From the NCBI GenBank assembly GCA_024233545.1, contig JACKPL010000004.1, positions 153,391 to 217,390 of the forward strand: a stretch of 64,000 bases of DNA, given 5' to 3'. This stretch comes from a bacterium (GTDB lineage Bacteria > Auribacterota > Auribacteria > Auribacterales > Auribacteraceae). This document shows, in pieces, positions 41,101-56,100 of this stretch (the first letter of the stretch is position 1; every line of letters begins with the position of its first letter). Position numbers and translations under genes: made by a program. A model generated the notes under the pieces. It was not told the DNA's origin and made no database searches. It worked only from the letters and a program-made list of their open reading frames with translations.

Positions 41101-44100
41101 CCACATCATCAGTGACAGACATCTTAACACTTATGATTGATCCGCCTATAAATTCATCTCCGGAAACCGGTTCTAGAATTGATACAACAGGAGGCTGGTC
41201 TTCTACAACTTGAAGTGTTATTTCTTCAATTGTTTGTTGCCCCTTTGTATCGGTAGCAACTGCAGTCAATACCATATCTTGGGAAGTGACAAGATTTTGG
41301 AGCGGAGGAACAGTAATCGAGAATGTGTGGTTTAAAGGATTAAATACCGCACCCGGAACAGGTGGTTCAAAACCACGAATATTGCCGTCGACATAGAGTT
41401 CCAAAAGCGTAACGCCAAGGTCATCCGCCGCGTTTATTGTAACATTTATTTCGTTGTCCTCTACGATAGTACCGCCGTTTTCCGGTTCAACTATATGGAC
41501 AGAAGGAACTTGATCTTGAGTGACAACTATCGCTACAGGGTTGGAAACTTTAGAATTTCCGTCAAAATCATATCCTCGAGCATATAGCAGATGCTCATCA
41601 GGATTAACCCCTCTCCACGCTACGACAGGAACATTTGCCTGATATGTATAACTATTTCCGGTCGGTGATGTTACCCATACACCATTTGAATCATTATCCA
41701 TATAGAACAAGACTTTTTCAACAGAGATATCATCAGTAACAATTGCTTTTACGAGCAACTGTTTCCCTTCAGTAATCTGAGTGCCGACTACCGGTGAGAA
41801 AATATTTACGTTCGGCGGCCTGTTTTCAAAGAGAAGCACCCGCCGGTTTGCGGCACTGGCGGCTGGATTGGATGTTTGCCCTTTAATGTCAACTGCCACA
41901 GCATTAATATGCAATTCATTAAGCACAGTGGACGCAACAGTTTGATATGATGTCTTAAATTTTCCATCACTGCTCGGCGATACCGTTGCGATGAGTATTC
42001 CCTCAACAAAGAACCTCACTGATGCCACACTCACATCGTCAGTAGCTGTTGCAACGATATTAAATGAACGCCCTTTAACAAATTCCTGATCTTCAACCGG
42101 CTCAACTATCTGCGTAATCGCAGGAATTGCGTCATCTACGACAATCACAGTTATTTGGTGAGAAGAAGTTTGATCTCGGCTGTCAGTGACCTGTGCTTTA
42201 ATAGTGACATTTTGAGAACCAGTCACTTCGACAGGAGCAATATAGGTAAACTGATAGGGTGATGAAGCATCTTCAGCAACAAGTAGGTTATTAACGAAGA
42301 ATTTAACGAGTAAAGTGCTGTCTTCATCGGCAACAGTAGCTTGGATAAGTTTGGAGGTATTCTCAACAACCGATACATTATTTGCTGGCGACGTTATTGT
42401 TATTAGCGGTGGTTCATCATCCACTACTTTGAAATGACGCACTGCATCAGTGCTGACATTGCCGGCAAAGTCATATGCCCGAACAGTAAATGTAATAGTC
42501 TGCTCTCCTGTAACAAATGGAGTACGATAGAGGTACTGGTATGGAGAACTGAATACTTCAGCAACGACTGTTCCGTCGAGTATAAAGTCTACTTTTTGAA
42601 CCCCAAGGTTATCTGTCGGCGATGCAATAATCGGTATAGGTTTACCTTCTGTTACTTCTGCGTTTTCAAGCGGTGAAACAACACTGACAACCGGCACTTG
42701 AGTATCATTGAGGATGGTGAGAGTCTTGACGATTTCAGTTACGTTTCCAGCATAGTCAAATGCCTTAACTGTTAAGACATATGGAGTATCTTCGGTTACG
42801 AGCGGTATATAAAGATTGGTTGCATATGGTGAATTAAATATTGTTTCAACCAGATGATTTCCAACAAAGAACTGCACATAAGGCGTATCTTCGGTATCGG
42901 ATGCTTCAATTACAATCGGCAATAATGCTCCTTCAGATATTGAATTTGCTGTCGGTTGAACCAACGTCAACTGCGGCATATCCCCGTTATCCGGACGTAC
43001 TTTAAAGCGTATTGCTCCGCTGGAACTTTCATTCCCTTCAAGACCAATTACTTTTGCAGTAACCGCAAATTCTTTTCCTATGCCGAAATTGATTGGCGAT
43101 ACAGCACGCAATTCAAACGGCTCGTATTTATCTGAAAAGACCGATTCGTTATCGATAAAGAATTCTACCCGCGCCACACCAAACGGATCATCCACAGATG
43201 CCCGTACAGCATATTCTCCTCGGTATCCTATATTAAGAGACGTTTTGGCCGCAACATTGATAACCGGCCCAGCCTCAGACAACGGTAAAGTTGCCACATT
43301 TAACCCTGAATAACCATCAGCAATATACATAACATTCCGCAACGTATCTACACCTGAAGAATAATCGGGAGTATTTACCGTTGTTATAAACTGCGGATTC
43401 AGCGGAGTAGTTATTTTATATACCGTTACGCCATGGATACCGCTTGAAATAATCAAATTGTTGCCATCACGGGCAAAACTTATTGCATCGCTTGTAGGAA
43501 GGGTCGTAACAACAACCGGATTTTGGAGGTCGGAAATATCAATAACCTGTACTCCCACTCCGTTAATTGCGGCATACGCAACATTATGCTCTTCAACAAC
43601 AAGGACATCCCATGTAGATTTTCCAGCAGGCGGCGGAACAGAAGCCAAAATACTGGTATTTTCCGGATCAGTAAAATCAATAATCTGCATTCCGAGGAAT
43701 CCATCCGCAACGAATGCGGTAGTACCAACAATATCCACATTGAGAGAGTCGCCCGGAGTATTGAAAGACGCTTGGAATGCCGGATTACTTCCTGTCGACC
43801 ACTTTGTTATTCCTCCGCCTGTCGTATACAGGAACCCTTCGTCATACTGAACACTATTAACAGCTCCGAAACTACTGATTGTTTTGATTACGTTTGCAGA
43901 AGTAGGATTGGTGATATCAACAACCTTAAGACCGGTAAAACTATTTGCAATATAGGCATAATTCCCTACGATTTCTACTTCAACTAACTGACCGGTAATA
44001 TCAACGTTTTTGATAAGTTGCGGTTCGTTTGCTACCGAAATGTCGTAAACATTCAAGCCCATTGCTGTACCGACAACATACGCTTTATTTTTACTGATAG

Positions 44101-47100
44101 CAACATCTCTCGCTTCGCCGACAGTATTGACTTCTGCAATAATTGTTGCTGAAGTTTCACCTTCCATTGGATATTTGACCAAAGTATCGGCGCCAATAGC
44201 AGTTATAATGCCCAATCGGGTTCCATCAATTCCAAAGCCTATGCCGGAATTCGGTAAACTTCCAATAAAAGCCGGCTTTGCTTCATCAACTATATCTACG
44301 ACAGCCAACGCATTTTCTGTACAGCTCATAAAGATATAATTATCGATCTTACGCAGGCGCATCGTTTCACAGCCGAAACTCGTTGACCCAATGCTTGTTC
44401 CCTCAAGATTGGTAACCTTAAACCCTGATGTACCGTTTGCAATATAGAGCCTGTCTCCAACTGCAAGCACATCTCGCGCAGGGCCAACACTTAAATCGCT
44501 CATTGCGGCAAGAGTCGATCTGTTATACCGCTTGATTTTTCCAACAGCAACATAATAGATGTTATTTTCAGCCGCTACGCCCGTTGCACCGCTTGAGCTC
44601 GCCAGTGAACCGCGAATTTTGAGTTCTTGCGCATTGTTTATATCAACAACCAATGCATTGCCGCCTGTTCGCGCAATAATCAGGTCGTTGGCATATATCT
44701 TCATCTGAGTAATTTTACCCGATACAGGCAACTCATCTAATTTTGTAAATGCAAAATTTGCATTAAGTTGATATGAGATTACAGCGCCTTCACTTCCTAT
44801 ATAGAGGACATCGTTCGTCCACGCAATGCTGTAGGCAGGAATGTTTAATGATGAAAGGAGAACATCATTATCAAGATCATACACTTTAACGCCCGCTGTA
44901 CCTAATGCAAAGTATGCAATATCATTGTTAATAAACATATCTCGTAAGCCGTCAGTAATGCTTAAAATAGCAAGAGGCGCATTTAAACTGAAAGCGACTT
45001 CAACGTTATAACGATAATATTTGCTGGTTATATTTCCAGAATGGTCTATTGTCCGGCTGTAAAGCTCTAATACTGATCCGCGAACATCAAAAGGAAGAGT
45101 ATATTTTATTTCTTTAGACGCATCTGCAAACATCCATCTCTTGACTGTCGCTCCATCAATATCAATATGAATTTCTGTACTTCTGATATTGCGGTTATCA
45201 GAAATATTCAACCCATAACTCAAAGTCGTTCCGGCAAGTATAACCTTACCACTCGGATTTCTTGTGACTGAAACGGTGGGCGCAATAGTATCGCGCACAA
45301 TATTGATAAGTGTTTTTACTTCAGCGTTCTCGTTGCCGCCGTTATCAACCGCTATTGCCCAAATCTCAGCAGGAGTAAACTCATCTACTAAAGGCATAGT
45401 TGTGACTACTTCGTATGGAGGAACCGTATCAAACACAATTTCTTTCTCAAACAATTCGGTTCTAATGCCAATATGAACGCCGACAATCTGCCCATCATCG
45501 TCAGTCGCTTCAACTTGTATAAGCACATTCTCCCCTTCCATTACACCTTTCCCGTTAGTCGGCGTAATAATGTGCACTACGGGAAGAACTGGGCTTGAAT
45601 CAGTTAGAATCGTAATCGTCGCATTAACAGGGTTACTGGTGTTTCCGTTGACATCGGTTGCAATAGCACTCACAACAAAAGAACCGTTGCCTGCCGGAGG
45701 TACAACAACTGTCGTAGAATATGGATAATTACTAACAACTTCATGGCTGACACTATCAACAATAAATTCAACGCTTTGAACAGCCACATCGTCGGTTACA
45801 TCAGCAATAAGCATAAGTTTACTGCCTTCGATTGCATCTGACGGTGCAAACAACTGCACAACCGGTACGGAACTGTCATTGTCAACCGGTACTACAGTAG
45901 GAGTGGTATCTAAAGTATTGCCACCAATGTCCGTTATCGTACCGACAATTGAAACTTGATTTCCACTGACAAGAGATGACGGGACAGGAATCATTGCGGT
46001 TAAACCAAATGAATCGAGCGATGTAAAGAACCGTCCGTCAACTTTAATACCAAGCGTTGCCGCTATGGCGCTATCGGTGGTTACACTGACTTCCGTAATA
46101 CCACTCTCACTGATTGATGAGGCAGGAACGTTTAATGTCAAAATCGGAACTGTTAAGCCAAGATACCGGAGGGTTAATACATTTAAAGAATCAGTGCCGG
46201 CATCGGTGTAATATATCCTGTTGCCTTCAACAGTCACGCCTGATACTGTACCAACACCATGTAATAATCCCAAAACCGTATCGGTTAATAGGTCGATCAC
46301 GAGTAATCCAGCTTGGCTGTCAGCGGCAAAAGCGAGGTTTCCGCTTACTGCCATATCTGAAATCTGCAGGTCGGGATCAGTAATTTTTGCAGTCAATATA
46401 AAATCATTGCCGCTTACATCAAATTTACAAATATCGCCCGATTGAGTACCAACATATAATGTTGTGCCGAACAATGCGGTAAAAGAAGGATTCTCGCCCA
46501 ATGTGTATGTGCTGATAGATGGTTCGCCTTCGGATAAATTCGTGATATCATGCATCGTTAATGTTGCATCATCGCGAGCGGCTATCAGTTTATTGCCAAG
46601 TAATTCCAACCCAATAACACCGGCATCGCCGGGGGTATAATAATGATGAATGAGCGATGAATCAGCACCATCAATATTGAATAGTTTGATTCCTAACGCA
46701 CCATCGGCAACAGCGACACGGAATGTGTTAGCTGGATTTCCTTGTCCGAGGAATATTATATCCTTTGCGGCAAGCAATTCATTCATCGAAATGAGAAGCG
46801 CAGGGTTTGACTGATCAGAAACATCGACAACTTGCAATCCGGCAAATTCATCGGCAAGCACTAATACATCGCCGTAGACAACGCTCATGCGCGTATTGCC
46901 GCCGAAATTCATCGACCATAAGACGCTTGAGTTATCGGGGTCTGCCACATCAAGTGCAAAAGTATTTTGAGAACCACCGCTCACAAATGCGGTATTTCCT
47001 AAAACGGAAACATGGGGCAATTCTCCATTTAAACTATGCAATTGAGAGATATCTACAGTTGCGGGAATCACGGTAAATACTTTCTCGATAACCCGGGAAT

Positions 47101-50100
47101 TACCGGAGATATCCTGCAGATTAGCCCGAATTGTTAAGCTGATATTCGGTACAGCAATTGAAGGAACAGTAATCAGATGTTCTCCTAGTATCGATACTGT
47201 ACTCTGTACAACGCCATCCAAAAGAATGGTTATATTAGATACAACCGCATCGAGGTCATCGGCAGTATCGCCGTTAATAACTTCAACCATCAAATCTGTT
47301 TCTGATAAAATCGAATTCCCTTTGGGGAACGTTACAAGCTCTAGCTCACCCAACGCATCGGTATCTGCGCTGATATTGATAACAATATCCTCAATTTGGC
47401 TTTGATTGCCACCGGAATCACGTGCTCTCACTTTCAATGCAAGCGGAACAATACCAGCGACAACACTTGGTGTAGTAAAATCAAATATGTATGGCTTTTG
47501 AGTTAACGTTTGTAAGATATCTCCATCGTTATCAAGCAATTCTACAGCCGCAACATACCCATCGTCCTGTGCGTCTGCTTCAATTTGAATAAGACGGTTT
47601 TCGAAGAATGTTTCACCAGGCAACGGCGATACAAAGAAAACCTTCGGCGCAATCAGATCGTTCTTAATCTGGAATGTTACGTAAGATGCAACACTGACAT
47701 TGCCGGCAAAGTCATCTGCCCATGCACGTAATCTAATCAATGCTCCGTCGTCTTCCACAGTCTCTACATTATAATTAAACAGGTACGGCGGGCTTAATAA
47801 TGCCGGCTGAGCAATATCATTGATCTCAAGTGATACCTGATGTATATCCTTATTATCAAATGCCTTAACAGAAATAGGCAAAACTATTCCCTCCAACACT
47901 TCCGATCCGTTAAGCGGTGAAATAATTGCTACGTCCGGAGGCACTTGGTCGGGTGTAACATTAAACGCTTTTACATCGGAAACCCGGCGGTTAATAGTGT
48001 CAACAATATCTGCACGAATTTCCATCGGTATTGCCGCATCAACAAACGGCGCAAGAAAATTATACACGATTGTGGTTTCATAGACCGGCTCCTGCACCGG
48101 CGTAGAAGATGTGTTTGGCGTTAAATCGGTTGTTTGAACTTTTACGCCGTTAAGATAATATTCCACAACTTTAATCGGATAGAATGATACAATATCCGCT
48201 TCCACACCTAACCGTACACCTTCGCTTATTTCGGATGGAATATTGGTAAGAGCAATTACCGGAACAGGCGCCGGCAGAACCCTTAACTGAACGGTATAAG
48301 GCGCCGACACATTATTAGCGCTGTCCGTCGCTGAAGCATACAGCGTTAAAATACTTTCACTGTTAACATTAGGGATCTGGAACGATGCGCCGCTACTTGA
48401 AGTGCTCAAACCTGTTGTAGCACCATTCAAAGAATAATTCATCACTCGCGAAGATATACTGCTGAATTGATCGGTTGCTACATGCACCGGCTGTAAAAGA
48501 GCTCCGCTGTAGAAAGATTCATTTGAGATATATTGCTGTCCAGTATTTTTATTTCGAATATAGACAACAGGTGCCGTCAAGTCTCTGGTTTGGAATCGGT
48601 AATTTATCGGAACAAGTGCATTGCCATTTAAATCTTTGATGGTATCGTTCAAATAAATTCTATACCAACTGCTATCATCCAGCGGTTCCGATAATGCGAA
48701 TTGGAATTGATTGCCGGAATAATCCGTTTCGCTCCACGGATGCGGAGTAGAACCGGCAACATCTTTACGGATAACAATACTGCCTTCCTGAAGCAATGTC
48801 AGGTGCTGTACATCTTCAGAAAACTTGATTGTAAACGCGAGATTGACAGATTGGTTTGTTTGTTCCGAACGCGGAGTACTAACATCGGTAAGTACGGTCG
48901 GCCGTTTAATATCGTTGCGCTCAAGAGCATTATTTAAAAGTATTGTTGTAGCAAAGGGACGCTCAATTCTCAAATCAAGAAGGCCGATCGGGCCAGCCGG
49001 TGATGAAAACGTAATTTGCTCTGTACTGATAAAATCTTTTACATCCGTTTTCACATTATCAATATATAATAGAATATCTACAGTAAAACCTGCGCCCTGA
49101 ATTGTAACCGTTTGACCGCCTTCATTTGGTATTACCGTTGGTGAAATTGAAGTTACTGCCAATGGTTTTACATAGAAAAATGCATCATATTCGATCGCCT
49201 CGGCACCATCACTGGCGACAAGCCGTAACGGAACTGAACCGACAATAAAAGGTACCGGAGTAATAATTTCAATAGTATTATGTGTTATTGAAGAAATCGT
49301 AGCAGATTGAGTTCCAAGATACACATCGGTAACTTGAGAAATAACAGTATCGTTTTCATCCTCAACAACAAATCCGGTTCCTGTAATAGTAACGGTATTT
49401 CCGCCAATATTGCTTCCACTGCGCGGTTGAACATCAGCGATAGTCAAAGGCGGTATGCGATTTACAATAGCGCCTGTTTTGAATGTTGATTTAACCAAAC
49501 TGCCCAGTTCATCACCAACAATAGACGTATCTGCTAAATCAATCCTGATTTCATATTCAGTGTTAACCGGCAACACTGGATTGTTAAAATCCAATATAAT
49601 GGTGGATTCAACGATGCTTTTTGTAGTCGGCACCAAAACATTGTTCTTATACACACTGACACTTGTCGTAGTGACAAGCAATGGATCGATATGCGGCGGC
49701 AATTCTACCTGAATTGACGGTGTTGTCGACACAATTTCGCCACCAAACGGTTTTATGCTGTATATACTGTTAAATGGCAGAAATACTGTTTGGAATCCAT
49801 TTCCTGTTGCGACATTGATTACGCCGTTTTCCACATCATATGCCTGTATTGTACTAGCCGCGTCAAAGAAAGTAATTCGCCTAATACTCAACGGATTAGA
49901 AATATCAAAAAGACTTAGGCGTGACCCGCTGTGGAAATACATCAAGCCGGGTTTGATATCCATCAACAAGATATCCGTTGTAGACCAAACAGTATTGATT
50001 TTTACAATAAATGCCGGATTGCTAATATCAAAAATTTGTACGCCCGCAGTTGTCGCAATATAAACAAGGTTACCCTCGCGAATCATATAACGTGCGGTAC

Positions 50101-53100
50101 CCGTAATAGCCGTACTTCCAAGAAGTGCATAATCATATGTTTTGCGGTTACGCACCTCAAGATAATAAGTACTTCCAATTTTATTGATTACATACAATCG
50201 GTTTTGAGAGAAATCAAACTTTTGGAATGCACCGCTCGTTGGAGTAAACTGCCCTGTTGTAACCAAAGTAACTGTTCGGGAAATTTCACCCGGACCAGTT
50301 TGTTGGGAAGTAACCGTCATTTCGATAGTCAATAATCCAAGGTTATTTGTCAATACTTGCAATACATTCTCTTCTTGCGAAAATTGTAATACTGATGTTG
50401 ATGCAGGTAATGGAAGTGTTGCTTTGAGTTTCAGAATATTGATATCGGAAACATCGACTATTTTAAGCGTATTCCCCGCTACTACTCCGACGAAATTATC
50501 ATTTAAAATTTCAATTTGCGAGATTGTCCCGCCAAGGCTAATCGAAGCATTCGGGACAAAATCCGGGTCATTATGAGCAAGTACATTGATAATTTTCAGC
50601 GTTGATCCAGTACCAACGTATGCATTGAACCCTTTAACTTTAACCGTATTATAACTCCCCGACAATTTACCGGCTTGAGGAAGCACGAAAGAATAACTTG
50701 ACGATAACGTGCTTGTTATACCTGTTCCCAATATACCGCCCGGCGTTGTTACAGATACATCTATAGTTCCTAATCTATCAGGAGGAGTAGTTGCTGTTAA
50801 GGATGTAAAACTATGTACTTTAACATCCAATGCTGGAACACCGCCGAATTTTACAATAGAACCGGGATAAAATCCTTGGCTTCCCGTTAAGCTAACATCC
50901 AAATTGCCTGTATAAGTGCCGGTTACAGGGCTGACGCTAGTCAATATCGGCGCTGGCAAATACTGGAATGCCGCAAGCACCGTATGTTTCAAACCACCCG
51001 GATTTATCACGGTAGCCGCAACAGGGCCAGGTATATGAGGAGGTGTTATTGCAGAAATTCGCGTACCACCTTCTAATATCTGCGTATTTACCGCTTCGAC
51101 ACCGCCAAGGTACAATTTCGCTCCATTGACAAAGTTTGTACCGGTTACAATTATCGGATCTCCGCCTTCCTCTAATCCATACACCGGTTCAACTTTAGAT
51201 ATTGTTGGCTGTAACGTTGACGCAACAGATGCGGTTTTAAATACACTGCGGAATTCCGAAGCAAGCCCTTCATTTTGTAAATTCTTAATATCACGCGTTA
51301 CAACAATTCGATATGTCGTATCGGGTTGCAACGGCTGATTGGGTGTTAATATTAAAACCGTCCCGGTACGTACAGTCGTATTCACCAAACTTGCAGGAAC
51401 TTTAACGTTTGTTGCAACATCGAAAATGTAATAATATTCCGTACTGATTGTTTCAGGATTCATCAAAGTAGTAAAATATGCTTTGATTTGTGTAGTTACA
51501 GGAGCAAGTTCTCGATATCCGGGTTCAACTCTCAATACGCCGGCCGTTCGTATAGGCAGAATAACTACAGTACCGTCACCATTTACTTCAGTACCAATAT
51601 ATCCGGTATCAACATCAAGCGATACTGAGATTGCCTTACCGTCGACTGTTGCGAAATTGATGATCTCAGGATGTTCGAGGTCACTGATATCAAATACTTG
51701 AAATTCCCCTTCGCCAGCGGCGAGGAAAGCAGTCGTTCCGACAATGTCAACATCGGTTACTTCGCTCACGTTATTACCGATATTTTGAGGTACAATAAAA
51801 CTGAGCGTAATCGGTAAATCTCGAGCAGAAAAATCTATTACTTGTACTGAATTACCGCATGCGACATACGCAAGGTTGCCATATACACGAATATTATGCG
51901 CTTCTCCAGCTAATGTTATCCTACTCAACACTTCGAATGATGCAGTTGTGAGGTCATAAATAAATATCTCATGTACACCATTTTTATTAACTGCGACTAA
52001 CGCAACGTCACCACCCATACGAACTCGATATGGTGTTCCATCAACGGCAATAGTCTTAATGCGCAACGGATTTTCAAACGTTACATAATCCCATACTTCC
52101 AATTTATTAGTATTTTTTGCAACAATAACCCAATTTTTATCGGGAGCCGCCGATAAAGATTGGTCAGTTGTTGAAATACGATTTTTGATTACCGGATTTG
52201 CCGGTAAGCTGATATCGACAATATAGACACCCGGATTATGCGTAGCAATGAATGCTAAATTGTTGAATATTTGAAAATCTTCCATCAATCCCGTTCCGCC
52301 GAAATTCAAGTCTATTCTGCCGATTTCGCGAGGTTCGAGAGGCTGGCTTACATCCATAAGCGAGAATTTGCCTGGTTCACGGTCAATACCGGCAATTGCC
52401 AAGTTGCCTTCGCCTTCTACTATTTTTACCGGTCCAAGGTTTACTTGCGGCGGATAGGTTAATATGCTGTAAGTAAATCCATCTTCCAACACATCGGAGA
52501 AACCAAGAAACTTAACTGTTACATCAGTCGGCCCGAATTCACCCGATGGAACGATTATGCGAATAGTTGTGATATCGACCACTTTTATATCTTCAGCAGG
52601 AACATTTTCTCCAAAGATCACTTCGGTACCCGGAATAAAACCATCGCCCTTGATCGTGGCAAAAATACCGCCTTCTGCTTTACTCGTATTCGGTGAAATA
52701 GATTTTATTGTTACACGAGGAATAAAGACGAACCCCGCATACAAACTCTTTACCAATCCATCAGGGGTAATAATCTTTAATGCCGCAGGACCGTAATTAC
52801 GGTTACCTAAAGGCGGTGATAAGCAGGTAATTTTCCTCCCATCTGATGATACATTCACATTAGTAGCAACACGCCCGCCAATAATAATTTCTGAATTCGG
52901 CACAAAATTCTCGCCGGTAATTTCCAACGCAATACCGCCATCCGCAAGCAAATAGCGCGGCAGTGAGTCTTTAATCGTTGGAATTCTGTCATCCGCTGAA
53001 GCACCGGTAAAGAAATTGAATTCATAGTTACTAGTAAGATAATAATCTCCACCTCGAATATCCCGTAATCCGTTTGTAACAAGCACCTTATATTCAGAAG

Positions 53101-56100
53101 CCGGGTCAAGGTCTCCGGACTGCGGCAGAATCTCAATATACGATGCCCTGTCGGTGAAAAGAACAATCTGTCCTGCGGAATCGGCTTTGAACGATATGTT
53201 TTGCAGTTCCCAGACATCATTGACTTTCTTGAACAATTTTACCGTATCATTATCCGGATTCGGCGTATCGTCTAATGTAGTAGATATTACCGTAGCAGGA
53301 TTGATCGGACGTGAAAAATGAACGCGAATCGGTTGAACGACATCAACCGTTTCTCCAACATGCGGTTCAGTACCCACAACGTTTACAATCGGAATATTAA
53401 CGATATGTATATGGCTTGCGGCCGCATAGGCATTGGAACCTTTAATTTCCAAACCGCTTCTTGCTCCAGCAACTTCAGCATAAAACTTGATTTTCGGCGG
53501 TAAAATATTACCCGGATTATCTTTGTCTTTCGGGAATATATCAACAACCGTTATACTTTCACGCATAAGAGTAAAAGCTAATCCGCCAAGAACTTTCAAT
53601 CGTTTCCATGTCAAACGGTTCGTTCTTTCCGTCTCACTGCTTCCTGTTTCTGCGCCAAGCGAAAGAGGCTGTGCAAGAAGATTTCCATTAAAATCAAACA
53701 TTTTAAACAATACTTGATTGTTTACGCCACTTCCTGAAACCTCAAGAATATAGATGGTATCGCCGACAACTTTTAAGTCGCGCAAGTTACCCGGAATGGT
53801 AATTTTACCAAGAGTGTTAAGTTCAGGCGTATTGATATCAATAATCTGAACTGCGCTTCCTTGCGGGAAAAGGTCGTTATATACAGACACATATGCACGG
53901 TCACCTTGTATATCAACACCCGTTGCCCGTCCGAAAGTAGGCACCTGATCAACTACAAATGCTTTGGATAATTTATACGCATCAATAACCACAAGGCCTG
54001 CATCATCGCAAGCAACAAAAATCAAGTTATCGATCACATCCAATCCTAATGGCGTTCCCGGAACCTCAATAATCGATTCTTGGATAGGCCGAATCGGAAT
54101 AGAAATATCGAATACTTCAACATGCGGCGGTAAATCTCTACCGGTTAAGCGACGGTTAGACGTATCGGTAAACGGTACGGTAACATACAGTTTTTCGTCA
54201 AAGAACGATTTCGTTAAAGAACCCGTAATCTTCATTTCATTCGCATAACGCGGCGGGAAATTCGGAAGGTCTATGATATCTTCCGGCGGAAGGTCATAGG
54301 AGAAAATTCCAGCCAAAGCCCTATCGCCATTCGGGTTTTCTACCCAAATTTCAACTAACCCCGGAAAATCCGGATGAGGGTTATGGAACGTTATCTGCTG
54401 TAAACTGTTTACATCAAGATCAAGAGCTTCCAGAACACCCTCGAAGAAGACTTCTTCAGATACAAATTCTACTTTTGCGCCCGGAGCAATGGAGAAGTTT
54501 GAAGCACGAATAGTCATCAAAATACCGCCTTCAAGCCGGCCGCCTGTCGGTTCGAGGCTTAGTACCTCATCTGAAATAGGATCAAGATAAATCAACACAC
54601 CCATTAGCGTATTTTCAAGGCTAACTTGATCTGAGCCGACTGTTTCAGTATTGACTACCTTAATAGCCGCCGATCCGGCATTCGGATATGCAGGGACAGT
54701 AACACGCAACTCGTCTTCCGCAATATATGTCACGGATGACTGATTCAACTTGACTCCCGCTATGTATACTTCAGAATCGGGCAGGAACCCCTCACCATAA
54801 ATAGCCATGACATCGCCGCCGGTTGTAAACACTATATTCGACGGGGCTTTAGTAGGTTCATCAACTCGTGTATTGATATCAATTATACGCGGCTGAGTTA
54901 ACCCAACCGTCGCAGTATGGAAGGATGAGGTAAACGGCCGGTACATTTTACCGCCTTCTTGATCGGTAATATCAGAACTTACCCACATATAATAAAGCGT
55001 ATTGGGCAATAGATCATTATCGAGCGTCAAAATTGCGTATTCGGGACCTGTCGGGAACAATACATCCTGCTCAACAGTGACTTCACCGGTAACATAATGT
55101 TTTGTCCCGTCATTATCTTCATGCCAAACTTTAACCTTGTCAGCGGTAATAAATGCAGGATTCACATTTCTATTGAATCGAATAGAAATGCGGTCAATGT
55201 TGTTTGGCACTGTCTGGAATGACGCGGGGTATGTTTCACGTATATTCGTGAACGGCGTTAACAATATATTAACGCCTTTATTTGCCGATGCAAGAACAAC
55301 TGCATCTTCGACAATGGTAACGTCCTGAGCAAACTCTACGTTACCGGCACTGATTACTTTATGATCCAATGGATCGGTAATATCGAACACCTGAACACCG
55401 CCACCCTGCATAGCGGCAAAAAGGAAATTTCCGCGCACTTCAAAGTTACGGCAACTGCCCGGCGTTGTTATATCCCACGTTGTCAATACAATTTGATTGA
55501 CTATTTGCGGATTATACGGATCGCTGATATCGATAATATATATGCCGTCATTGAATTCTCCGACAAACGCATAATCGCCGTACAGTTCCAATCCGGTACC
55601 GTGATCGTCAAACTCGATCGTTGCGATTTCAACCGGTATAGGCGCACTCACATCAAGCACTTTAAACGATCCTTTATAATCCCATGGCGGACAATCCTTG
55701 CTACCCGGAAAATCTTTTTGGAATTCTGCCGCGGCAGTCCCCATGAATGCGTCTAAATGTGCTTCGTCGGCTAAAACCTCTTGTGTCTCAGGATCGACAA
55801 CAATCAGGCGAGTCCGGCCGCTCGCTTGAGCGATAGTTCCAGTGGTTAAGAACAATTTATCTCCACGCAACCGCAGGGTAACTGGGCTTTCGTAATCTAG
55901 CCCAAGCCCACCAAGTTCACCGTACGCGCCGCTTCTATCAATACTATACTCGCGTAACATGACCGGATCGGTTTTTGTACTGAAATCGACCAATGCGAGA
56001 GGGCCTCCGTATCCGAGAGGATGGCATTCAGGGAATCCGCCGCCGACACCATCGGAATACCACGACATAAATACCGGTACTAAAACAGGAGTATGAGGAG

